Source: Raphidiopsis brookii D9 (GTDB taxonomy: Bacteria; Cyanobacteriota; Cyanobacteriia; Cyanobacteriales; Nostocaceae). Taken from it: 32,000 nucleotides of DNA. Positions 8,619-17,625 of the stretch are shown piece by piece (within the stretch, counting starts at the first letter, position 1; every line of letters begins with the position of its first letter). Made by a program: the position numbers and the translations under genes. The DNA lies in contig ACYB01000031.1 in the NCBI GenBank assembly GCA_000175855.1, positions 150,001 to 182,000 on the forward strand, read 5' to 3'. Below the pieces are notes generated by a model. The model worked only from the letters and a program-made list of their open reading frames with translations, was not told where the DNA came from and searched no databases.

Positions 8619-10043
8619 TTAGATCTGTCTGTTTGTATGATTATTAAATTTTCTGTACAAGTCATACCAGTAATAAGTCCCTAACCATAACACTGATAAC
8701 AATCCCGCTAAACTGAGAGTTAAACCAGTAAAGGGAACTAAAAATGCAAATATGGGTAAGACTGCTCCAGCAATGGTACAAATAATTGCTGCTAATCCTA
8801 ACTGACGATTTCCACCTAATCCGTAAATTAAACTTAGTAACAACAGTGAAATTATTAACCAGGCGAATTCTCCACTCATAAACCTTGAGGTATATGTTAA
8901 AGTTAATAAGCTGGTAAAAAACACTCCCCCGGCGATCGCCAGATTTTGTAAGCTCATGGGTACGGTTAAGTATAGTAATAATATCCACCACAAAAATAAT
9001 CCTGGTGCCAATAGTAATAGGCGAGGTATAATTCCGGTTTTACCTATGGGTTTAGTAGCCGTAAAGACACCGAAAGGATTTTTGACAGAAACATTATCAT
9101 CAAAAATCCAAGTGAATTGACTATTACCTCCATCTCTTTTAATTTCCTGGGGAACTATACCACTGGCAAAATCAGCATTGGGAAATCTAGCAGTAGCTGT
9201 GAGACGGAAACCAGAGAGTAACTGATTAGTGGCATTGTATACCCAACGTGGTCCTCCTTGTGCTTGATAACTAACTTTGATGGTAGCTTGCTCTCTAGGA
9301 GCTAAATCCAAGGGAAATCCATAATCTTCTGGACTAGTCTGTTCTAGTCTTGTCCCTTCTCTCTCCACTTTATATCCAGACAGAAGAGAATAGCCGTATG
9401 GTGGTGGTGCTTCAAATATAAACCGATTTTTATTATTTAGGGTATTGACTATTTTGTACTCACTAGTATAGTCAGTAAGATAAATCGCACTACGATTTTG
9501 CACATCTACACTTTGATCAATAGTCACTTGAATTTGGGAACCAGCCAAATTTAAATACCGGGTGACTTTTTGTTTGTCCGTCACTTTAACAATTCTATCC
9601 CTGACTCGAGTGGTGTAGCTATAGGGTTCCTCAGTTATATAACTAATACGAGGTGCATTGTGTTCCAATTTATCACCAGCAACAGATTCAGTTACCTTAG
9701 CCACCTTTGCTTGCTCCCAGTGGTGGTAACGATTACTCAGGGTAGAGGTTAGGAAAAATCCCGTCACTGATAGAATTAACACCAATGCAAAGTGTGGTAT
9801 GCCACGCAAAATTTGGGAATAACGAACTGACCAATCTCGCAAAAAATCCGTCTGCATTTCCGTTTCACGTCTTAGGGAAAAACTGATTAAGGCGATCGCC
9901 ACTCCCAAACCAATAATTAAAAACACCACTAATAGTGAATTTTCAACTACTTGCGTACCGAACCTGATTAATTCATCAGGATGTGTAAGGTCGGGTAAAC
10001 TGGGAATACCCTGAGCAGAAGAAGATATAGCTGAAGTTTCCAT
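8619..10043 (-). CDS. polytopic membrane protein of unknown function (topology reminiscent of CreD)
   Basis: 474 aa. Two N-terminal TM helices are followed by a soluble domain of about 240 aa and a C-terminal block of 4-5 TM helices. Its start lies 12 nt after the stop of the upstream gene, which suggests an operon. Confidence 0.6.
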   Translation of the reverse strand: METSAISSSAQGIPSLPDLTHPDELIRFGTQVVENSLLVVFLIIGLGVAIALISFSLRRETEMQTDFLRDWSVRYSQILRGIPHFALVLILSVTGFFLTSTLSNRYHHWEQAKVAKVTESVAGDKLEHNAPRISYITEEPYSYTTRVRDRIVKVTDKQKVTRYLNLAGSQIQVTIDQSVDVQNRSAIYLTDYTSEYKIVNTLNNKNRFIFEAPPPYGYSLLSGYKVEREGTRLEQTSPEDYGFPLDLAPREQATIKVSYQAQGGPRWVYNATNQLLSGFRLTATARFPNADFASGIVPQEIKRDGGNSQFTWIFDDNVSVKNPFGVFTATKPIGKTGIIPRLLLLAPGLFLWWILLLYLTVPMSLQNLAIAGGVFFTSLLTLTYTSRFMSGEFAWLIISLLLLSLIYGLGGNRQLGLAAIICTIAGAVLPIFAFLVPFTGLTLSLAGLLSVLWLGTYYWYDLYRKFNNHTNRQI

Positions 10044-10054
10044 TTTCCCATTCC

Positions 10055-10702
10055 TTAGGGCTGAAGGATTTTTATAAGAATACGCATTAAGCTTTCCAGC
10101 TCATCTGGTACTCGATACAGTTTTAATACTTGTTGAATTTGCTTACCACCCCGATCCAGAATTCCAAACTGCCAGATGTCACCTGTGGAAACAGCTCCGT
10201 GGAGAATGGGTTCTTCGCTGGTACTCCAGATATCAAGGGCAATCAGCTCAACTGCAAGTTGGGTAAAACCTCTAGTGAGATCTGCATTTTTTGCTTCAAC
10301 AATCAGGAGTTTACCTGCGGAGTACAAGTAGTAATCAAGGTAACCTTTAAGCTGTTCACTAACGTTCACGGAATATTCTACCCTAAGCTGGGCATGAGTA
10401 TAATGTAGTACATCTATTAATAAGGGAGCGATGAGTAGTTCACGGCGAGCAGCTTCGCTAGTGAGGCTAATATAGGGGAGGGTTTCTTGGATCCGGGTCT
10501 TTAGGTCGTCCAGTCGGTCAAGATTAATGTCCGACTGGGGGAGAGATAATGTTGACCGTTGGAACTCATAACCGAGTTCCCCCAGAATATCCTCCGGTTC
10601 ATAGTTCATTTCAAAGTATTGCCGGAAAGTATAAGAATGTCCCGGTTGTAAAATGGCGGGTCTCATTTTGGTTAAATTCCTGGAGGCAATTTGCAGTTGC
10701 AT
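10055..10702 (-). CDS. hypothetical protein with a PD-(D/E)xK-like signature (HsdR-N-like fold suspected)
   Basis: 215 aa. YLDYYLY..GKLLIVEAKNADL fits the D...ExK pattern of restriction-endonuclease-like folds. This is motif-level evidence only. Confidence 0.55.
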   Translation of the reverse strand: MQLQIASRNLTKMRPAILQPGHSYTFRQYFEMNYEPEDILGELGYEFQRSTLSLPQSDINLDRLDDLKTRIQETLPYISLTSEAARRELLIAPLLIDVLHYTHAQLRVEYSVNVSEQLKGYLDYYLYSAGKLLIVEAKNADLTRGFTQLAVELIALDIWSTSEEPILHGAVSTGDIWQFGILDRGGKQIQQVLKLYRVPDELESLMRILIKILQP

Positions 10703-10820
10703 TGAGTTGACAGTTTATGGTATTTTATAACTAAATGTCAAAAAAACTTTCATTTAAGAACAATCTCTGCTGGAATGAGGTGGACGGTATAGCCTGATTT
10801 CCAGTAGAAAATCTAGTAAT

Positions 10821-12419
10821 ATGCCCATAGCAATTGATTTTGGTACGAGTAATACGGTAATTACCCGATGGAACCCTGTGACCCAGCAACCGGAAACCCT
10901 CAGTTTACCAGGGTTATCTACTCGACAAGGTTTGAATCCTCCTTTGATACCTAGTTTAGTTTATATAGAAGCAGCAAATCAAGATCAGGTGTTAATTGGT
11001 CAGCAGATACGAGATCGGGGTTTAGATCTCATGGGTGACAGTAGATTTTTTCGCGGTTTTAAACGGGGTATTGGAGCAAATATTCAGGGTTTCTTACCAG
11101 AAATAGATGGGGAAACTATTACTTTTGAAAAGGTGGGTACATGGTTTCTCCAGAGGATAATGGCAGAGTTATTATCCCTTGAAGGCGGATTAGACTCTTT
11201 GGTGTTAACCGTTCCAGTAGATAGTTTTGAAGTTTATCGTTATTGGCTAGGCAAAGTTTTTCAAGCTTTGCCAGTTACACAAATTAGAATGTTAGATGAA
11301 CCTACCGCTGCTGCTTTAGCATACGGTGTAAAAGAGGCAGAAAATTTATTAGTGATTGATTTTGGCGGGGGAACCCTAGATCTATCCTTGGTGAATCTGG
11401 ATCAAAAATCTCTGGTAAATAATAAACCTGTGGGGTTTTTATTAAAATGGGGAAATAAATCTTTGGCACAGGATTCTCTACAAAAGGTAAAAACAGCTAA
11501 GGTCTTAGCCAAATCAGGACAAAACCTGGGTGGTACGGATATTGATAATTGGATAGTTGATTATTTTGCGACAACTCAGGGATTGCCAGTTAATTCTATT
11601 ACTACTAGATTGGCGGAGAAGTTGAAAATTGAATTGTCTACCCACAATCAAGCTGGAGAGGTCTACTTTGACGATCAAAATTTTGCCAGTTATGAGTTGG
11701 AGTTGAATCGTCAGACCTTAGCAACTATTCTCCAAGACCGAGGATTTTTTGCCGTGTTGGATGAGACTATGTTGAATTTATTACAACAGGCTCGTCGTCA
11801 AGGTGTGCAAGTAAATGATATTAGCGCGGTTTTATTGGTGGGTGGCACAGTACAATTACCTGCTATACAAAAGTGGGTCCAACAATACTTTCCACCCGAA
11901 AAAATCCTTTGCCAAAAACCCTTTGAGGCGATCGCTCAGGGTGCTTTACAAATCACCCAAGGTTTAGAAATAAAGGACTTTCTCTATCATAGCTATGGGA
12001 TCCGATATTGGGATAGACGCAATCAACGTCATAGTTGGCAACCAATTATCAAAGTTGGACAATCTTATCCCATGACTCAACCGGTAGAATTAGTATTAGG
12101 TGCTTCCAGGGAAAATCAACCTAGCATTGAATTAATTATAGGGGAACTAGCAGAAACAACCGGTGGTACAGAAGTGTATTTTGATGGCGATCGCCTGATT
12201 ACTCGTCAGGTCAACTCTCCAACCACCCTAGTCAAACCCCTCAATGACAGTGACAGTGCAAGGAAGATTGCCCAACTCACACCCCCTGGTTTTCCGGGGA
12301 GCGATCGGATTAAAGTTAAGTTTCAAGTTGATGAGGAACGGTTTTTAAAAATCACAGTAGAGGACTTATTGACGAATAATACCTTACTTGAGAATCAGGT
12401 TGTAGCTCAGTTGAGTTAA
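10821..12419 (+). CDS. Hsp70-family (DnaK-like) ATPase, atypical short form
   Basis: IAIDFGTSNTVI (phosphate 1), LDEPTAAALAYG, LVIDFGGGTLDLS (phosphate 2) and LLVGGTVQLPAIQ (adenosine motif). It is 532 aa and lacks the canonical DnaK C-terminus. Confidence 0.85.
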   Translation: MPIAIDFGTSNTVITRWNPVTQQPETLSLPGLSTRQGLNPPLIPSLVYIEAANQDQVLIGQQIRDRGLDLMGDSRFFRGFKRGIGANIQGFLPEIDGETITFEKVGTWFLQRIMAELLSLEGGLDSLVLTVPVDSFEVYRYWLGKVFQALPVTQIRMLDEPTAAALAYGVKEAENLLVIDFGGGTLDLSLVNLDQKSLVNNKPVGFLLKWGNKSLAQDSLQKVKTAKVLAKSGQNLGGTDIDNWIVDYFATTQGLPVNSITTRLAEKLKIELSTHNQAGEVYFDDQNFASYELELNRQTLATILQDRGFFAVLDETMLNLLQQARRQGVQVNDISAVLLVGGTVQLPAIQKWVQQYFPPEKILCQKPFEAIAQGALQITQGLEIKDFLYHSYGIRYWDRRNQRHSWQPIIKVGQSYPMTQPVELVLGASRENQPSIELIIGELAETTGGTEVYFDGDRLITRQVNSPTTLVKPLNDSDSARKIAQLTPPGFPGSDRIKVKFQVDEERFLKITVEDLLTNNTLLENQVVAQLS

Positions 12420-12453
12420 ATCGGTTCTCTGGTTGACAGTAAACTTAAAATTA

Positions 12454-12471
12454 GTTAACATATATGTTAAC
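12454..12471. repeat. 18-bp perfect palindrome GTTAACATATATGTTAAC
   Basis: Read directly. It is self-complementary over all 18 nt. It lies between the hsp70-like stop (12419) and the pentapeptide-repeat gene start (12652). Confidence 0.9.
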
Positions 12472-12651
12472 AACATTTAATGTAGCGGAATTAGCAGTGC
12501 AAGACAGATAAAACTGTTGTATAGCAGGGGTTCTAGGTTAAATAACTAAATACCATGACATCACATCCAACTGGTGATATAAAGTAACATTTCTGCTCTA
12601 TTTTGTGAGACAATAGAAATGTGAGGATGTAAATATAAAAGAAGGGGAATT

Positions 12652-13107
12652 ATGAAACTTGAACTTTTAGGTACTGTAGCCCTGGTAGCTCCCCTATTGT
12701 TTGTTAGCTCGGTTAATGCTGGCAACAATCGTGATCTACAAAAACTTTTATCCACTGGTGAGTGTCAAAAATGCCAGCTGTCTCGGGTCAACCTGAGCGG
12801 TGCTCACCTGATTGGTGCAGACCTTAGGGGTGCAAATCTCCAAGGCGCTGACCTAACAAGTGTCAACTTGGAAGGAGCTGACCTAACAGGGGCCAATTTA
12901 TCAGGTGCCAATTTAACATCTGCCTTCGTTACCAATGTAAACATGAAACAGGCCAATCTCAACGGTGCTAATTTGACTAGTGCTGTGATTAATGATTCTA
13001 ATGTTTATCAAGCATCTATGAATAACCTTACCATTACCGATGCCCAAATCTATAACACTGCCATTGGTGTTGGTGGAGAAGACGGACAAATTCCTGACTG
13101 GGACTAG
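12652..13107 (+). CDS. secreted pentapeptide-repeat protein
   Basis: An N-terminal signal-like segment (MKLELLGTVALVAPLLFVSSVNA) is followed by tandem A(D/N)LxG pentapeptides: ANLQGADLTSVNLEGADLTGANLSGANLTSA. Confidence 0.85.
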   Translation: MKLELLGTVALVAPLLFVSSVNAGNNRDLQKLLSTGECQKCQLSRVNLSGAHLIGADLRGANLQGADLTSVNLEGADLTGANLSGANLTSAFVTNVNMKQANLNGANLTSAVINDSNVYQASMNNLTITDAQIYNTAIGVGGEDGQIPDWD

Positions 13108-13155
13108 GTGTAATTGGGTATAAACTTGCCCCAAACTAGTTGGAGCAAGTTGATT

Positions 13156-14427
13156 TTATCTCAAGCTGGAAACAGGTGAATTAACATACTCACCAGCTGC
13201 TTGCTTAAGAACGGCTGCCTTATCAGTACGCTCCCATGGTAAGTCCAGATCAGAACGTCCCAAGTGACCATAAGCTGCGACATCCTGATAAAAACGTCCG
13301 CCCCTCTCACTGGGTAAATTCCTGAGATTAAAGGCGTGGATGATTCCTGCGGGACGCAGTTCAAAGTGATCTTTGACTAATTGCAGTAAAACTTCATCAT
13401 CCACCTTGCTAGTACCAAAAGTATCTACAAAAATACTCACAGGTCTAGCCACACCAATGGCATAACTTAATTGAACCTCACATTTTTCAGCCAATCCAGC
13501 CGCAACAATGTTTTTTGCTGCGTAGCGAGCTGCGTATGCTGCAGAGCGGTCTACCTTAGTGGGATCCTTACCGGAGAAAGCACCACCACCATGGCGAGAA
13601 TAACCACCATAGGTGTCAACAATGATTTTTCTTCCCGTTAGTCCAGAATCCCCTTGAGGTCCACCAATAACAAATTTACCAGTGGGATTAACCAAAAACC
13701 GGGTGGTTTCGTCTGGTTTGACAGTAATATCACCAAATACAGGCTCTACCACTAAAGTCCACAAATCCTGCTTTATCTTGGCTTGCACGCCAGCTTCATC
13801 CGTAATATCCCCAATATTAGGTGTATGCTGAGTGGAAATCAAGATGGTATCAATACCCACGGGTTTACCATCTTCGTAAACTACGGTAACCTGGGTTTTC
13901 CCGTCGGGACGTAGATATGGTAAATCTCCAGTTTTTCTGACAGCTGCCAATCTACGGGCAATGCGGTGAGCCAAACTAATGGGTAAAGGCATGAGTTCTG
14001 GTGTTTCATTACATGCAAAACCGAACATTAGTCCTTGATCACCAGCCCCGATTTTATCGAATTGTTCTTCACTATCCTGAGTACGGGTTTCATGGGCAGT
14101 ATTTACACCTTGGGCAATATCAGGTGACTGTTCATCTATAGCTAAAAGTACACTGGTGCTATTAGCAGAAAAACCGTTGACTGCATCGGTATAGCCAATT
14201 TCCGCAATTTTCTTACGAGCTAGGTGCACGAAGTTGACGTTAGCTTTAGTGGTAATTTCACCAGTAATTAGCACTAACCCAGTATTAACAACTACCTCTG
14301 CTGCCACCCTACTAGTAGGATCTTCCGTTAATAAAGCATCCAGAATTGTATCGGAGATTTGATCACAGATTTTATCTGGGTGTCCTTCAGTAACAGACTC
14401 GGAGGTAAATAAATAGCGTCGAGACAA
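13156..14427 (-). CDS. metK: S-adenosylmethionine synthetase
   Basis: [51 protein letters not shown]. 423 aa. Confidence 0.97.
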   Translation of the reverse strand: MSRRYLFTSESVTEGHPDKICDQISDTILDALLTEDPTSRVAAEVVVNTGLVLITGEITTKANVNFVHLARKKIAEIGYTDAVNGFSANSTSVLLAIDEQSPDIAQGVNTAHETRTQDSEEQFDKIGAGDQGLMFGFACNETPELMPLPISLAHRIARRLAAVRKTGDLPYLRPDGKTQVTVVYEDGKPVGIDTILISTQHTPNIGDITDEAGVQAKIKQDLWTLVVEPVFGDITVKPDETTRFLVNPTGKFVIGGPQGDSGLTGRKIIVDTYGGYSRHGGGAFSGKDPTKVDRSAAYAARYAAKNIVAAGLAEKCEVQLSYAIGVARPVSIFVDTFGTSKVDDEVLLQLVKDHFELRPAGIIHAFNLRNLPSERGGRFYQDVAAYGHLGRSDLDLPWERTDKAAVLKQAAGEYVNSPVSSLR

Positions 14428-14823
14428 GGGAAACTCCTCCTGGTAGAATTTGAATCACTAACTAAATTAAGGTCTTTCCAGGGATGTTCCCAGAGGTCTT
14501 CTAGTTTAGTTAATTTATGAAATGATAACTATATTTATACAAACTGGCAATGTACATTTGTTATTCAGCCTAAAATGTTAACAAAATTAAGAACTCAATC
14601 AGCTCACCCGAACAAAGTCCTATACTATAGAATATGTTTGCTAATGGCACAATCAATTAAGACAACTTAAATGCTAACCTGGTAATCCAAAAAAGGATTA
14701 ATTATGCGGTTAAGACAGTTGACTTCTGCTCCAAAGGTAGTAATTAAGTAACAGATGTGACAGACAGCCAAGTCCAAAAGCTTGTATTGAACAGAGATTA
14801 GTGAAAAGAAAAGTAAAATTTTT

Positions 14824-16935
14824 ATGGTTTCCCCAATTCGATTTTTAATGTGTGCCCCCGACCACTACGAGGTGGACTACGTAATTAACCCCTGGATGGA
14901 AGGCAATATCCATAAGTCATCCCGCGATCACGCTGCGGACCAGTGGAATAAATTATATAAAGTAATCAAAGATCACGCTATTGTAGATTTAGTCACACCA
15001 GAGAAGGGTTGGCCGGACATGGTGTTCACAGCGAATGCGGGATTGGTTTTAGGCCAGAATGTGGTTCTCAGTCGCTTTCTACATAAAGAACGTCAGGGAG
15101 AAGAACCCTATTTCCAACAATGGTTTGAAAACAACGGTTATAATGTCCAGGTTTTGCCCAAGGATTTACCATTTGAAGGTGCTGGTGATGCACTGTTAGA
15201 CCGAGAGGGGCGTTGGTTATGGGCGGGGTATGGTTTCCGTTCTGAGTTGGATTCCCACCCCTATTTGGCTAAGTGGTTAGATATTGAGGTTATTTCCCTA
15301 CGTTTAATAGATGATAGGTTCTACCATTTGGACACCTGTTTTTGTCCCCTCACCAATGGCTATTTGCTGTACTATCCTGGTGCGTTTGATTCCTACTCCA
15401 ATCGAGTGATTGAAATGCGGGTAGCTTTGGAAAAACGCATCGCCATTGAGGAAAAGGATGCGGTTAATTTTGCCTGTAACGCGGTTAATATTGATCACAT
15501 CGTGATTATGAACAAAGCCAGCGATGAACTAAAATCAAAATTAGCTCAAGTGGGTTTTCAAGTTATTGAAACTCCTTTAACTGAGTTCCTCAAAGCTGGT
15601 GGTGCATCTAAGTGTCTAACCCTGAGAGTGACCGAACCTATCAAAGAAGAGGTACATGCTACAACCCAGGTGGAAAGTAGAATAATTCGATTGGAAGGAC
15701 ACTTGCTAGATGCAGGATTAATCAACCGAGCTTTGGATTTAATTGTGGATATGGGAGGAAGTTTCCAAGTCCTCAAATTTAATTTGGGAGAGCAGCGTCA
15801 AAGTACCTCCGCAGCAGAAGTCAAGGTTTCTGCACCATCTCATGATGTGATGGAAGGAATCTTCTCCAACTTGATTGATCTGGGCGCGGTGGATTTACCT
15901 CAAGACGAAAAAGATGCCAGGTTGGAACCAGTTTTACAAGCGGGAGTCGCCCCCGATGACTTTTATGTCAGCACAATTTATCCCACAGAAGTTAGAATAA
16001 ACGGCGTCTGGTTCAAAGTAGAAAGTCAACGCATGGACGGAGCGATCGCCATTTCTCACACACCCAATGGAATAGTGGCAAAATGTAAGATTTTGCGGGA
16101 TCTGGAAATTGGAGAGCAAGTAGTAGTTGATGTTCAAGGTATTCGCAGCATCCGTAAAACTGAATCCCGTGAGCAACGCAATGCCCAAGAATTTAGTTTT
16201 ATGTCCTCCGGTGTTTCCAGCGAAAGACGGGTGGAACTGGTGGTTGAGCAGGTGGCCTGGGAATTACGCAAAATTCGTGATGCTGGTGGTAAGGTAGTGG
16301 TTACCGCAGGACCGGTGGTGATTCATACCGGTGGTGGAGAACATCTAGCTAGATTAATTCGGGAAGGTTATATTCAAGGACTTCTCGGTGGAAATGCGAT
16401 CGCAGTTCACGACATCGAGCAGAATATGATGGGCACATCCCTCGGTGTAGACATGAAACGAGGTATAGCAGTACGGGGTGGTCATAGACATCACTTGAAG
16501 GTAATTAATGCCATACGCCGTTTTGGCAGCATTGCTAGAGCAGTAGATGCTGGGGTCATCACTGGGGGGGTTATGTATGAATGTGTGAAAAATGATATTC
16601 CTTTTATCCTAGCTGGTTCTATTCGGGATGATGGACCTTTACCAGATACCCAAATGAACCTCATCTTAGCTCAACAGGAATATACCAAAGTCATTCAGGG
16701 AGCAGAAATGATTTTAATGCTATCTTCCATGCTCCATTCTATTGGAGTGGGCAATATGACCCCTGCAGGAGTTAGAATGGTGTGTGTGGATATCAACCCA
16801 GCAGTGGTCACCAAGTTGAGCGATCGCGGTTCAGTTGAGTCTATAGGTGTAGTAACAGATGTGGGTTTATTCCTCAGTTTATTAGTACAGCAGTTAGACA
16901 AACTGACAAGTCCATACGTATCTAACGTTGGCTAG
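14824..16935 (+). CDS. agrE: bifunctional arginine dihydrolase / ornithine cyclodeaminase-type enzyme (AgrE/ArgZ family)
   Basis: 703 aa. The N-terminal half is guanidino-group-modifying-enzyme-like (FLMCAPDHYEVDYVINPWM, FYHLDTCF, GGASKCLTL with the catalytic Cys). The C-terminal half is LOR/SDH-like. This matches the described architecture of Anabaena Alr4995 and Synechocystis Sll1336. Confidence 0.8.
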   Translation: MVSPIRFLMCAPDHYEVDYVINPWMEGNIHKSSRDHAADQWNKLYKVIKDHAIVDLVTPEKGWPDMVFTANAGLVLGQNVVLSRFLHKERQGEEPYFQQWFENNGYNVQVLPKDLPFEGAGDALLDREGRWLWAGYGFRSELDSHPYLAKWLDIEVISLRLIDDRFYHLDTCFCPLTNGYLLYYPGAFDSYSNRVIEMRVALEKRIAIEEKDAVNFACNAVNIDHIVIMNKASDELKSKLAQVGFQVIETPLTEFLKAGGASKCLTLRVTEPIKEEVHATTQVESRIIRLEGHLLDAGLINRALDLIVDMGGSFQVLKFNLGEQRQSTSAAEVKVSAPSHDVMEGIFSNLIDLGAVDLPQDEKDARLEPVLQAGVAPDDFYVSTIYPTEVRINGVWFKVESQRMDGAIAISHTPNGIVAKCKILRDLEIGEQVVVDVQGIRSIRKTESREQRNAQEFSFMSSGVSSERRVELVVEQVAWELRKIRDAGGKVVVTAGPVVIHTGGGEHLARLIREGYIQGLLGGNAIAVHDIEQNMMGTSLGVDMKRGIAVRGGHRHHLKVINAIRRFGSIARAVDAGVITGGVMYECVKNDIPFILAGSIRDDGPLPDTQMNLILAQQEYTKVIQGAEMILMLSSMLHSIGVGNMTPAGVRMVCVDINPAVVTKLSDRGSVESIGVVTDVGLFLSLLVQQLDKLTSPYVSNVG

Positions 16936-16989
16936 TACCCACCTGGTAAATTAATAATGACTGGAGGATGTTATCCCCCAGTCATATAG

Positions 16990-17375
16990 TGGATCCGAGC
17001 AGAGTCGAACTGCTGTCCAAATTGGGTATTGACCCCCCGCTCACTCACAGGTTTAGCTTTTCTTACCCTCAAAGCTGGGATCGTTCATTGTCCCGAACCT
17101 AGGATGCTCTGATTAAGTCTTTTCTAACAAGCCAACCAGAGAACACTTGTTAGAGCATCCGTTGGGGTTAGGTCTCTAGTCCTTAACGGAGTCAAACCAG
17201 AGACGCTCGGACCTATAAGAGGTTATTAGGCAGCAACTAGGGCTTCCTTACGAGCAAATTTTACGATATTGTTCGCATTTACGTTGTTTTGAGCCTTTGA
17301 TTTGCGAGAGGAGACTCACTCTCGACCTGAATCACAGAGCAGCTTTCGCCAACCTGTCGAAACCGTGACGGACCC
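16990..17375 (-). ncRNA. ssrA: tmRNA (one-piece SsrA)
   Basis: On the minus strand, 5' GGGUCCG pairs with 3' CGGAUCC, including the G3:U wobble that is the alanine identity element. The T-arm is GUUCGACUCUGCUCGGAUCCA. The tag reading frame is GCG AAC AAT ATC GTA AAA TTT GCT CGT AAG GAA GCC CTA GTT GCT GCC TAA TAA (17276..17223), giving ANNIVKFARKEALVAA. The terminal CCA is not encoded; the genome reads CTA. Confidence 0.93.
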
Positions 17376-17625
17376 ATGCTTTTTATCCTTACATTTATAA
17401 TATATCACAAGATTTACTAAATGTCCAGGTCCAGCACAAAAAATTTTTTTCGCCTCCTGGGAAGACCTAGGAGTTAGGAAGAGAACTAATTAACCACAAT
17501 ATGTCTTACCAGGATACTCATAACCGCTACATTGCGTAACCAATCACATGCAAATTCGGTTAAAACTGACTGGTAAACAGGCGATCGCACAGTGAGTGGG
17601 AAAGATTTCTGAAACTTAAATTTTT

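Noticed and set aside
17440-17475. Hairpin CTCCT-N10-AGGAG next to an A7T6 tract, as a terminator between the helicase-like gene and ssrA
   Set aside because: The stem is only 5 bp with a 10-nt loop, and the U-tract is separated from it by GCG and an A run. It is too weak to annotate.
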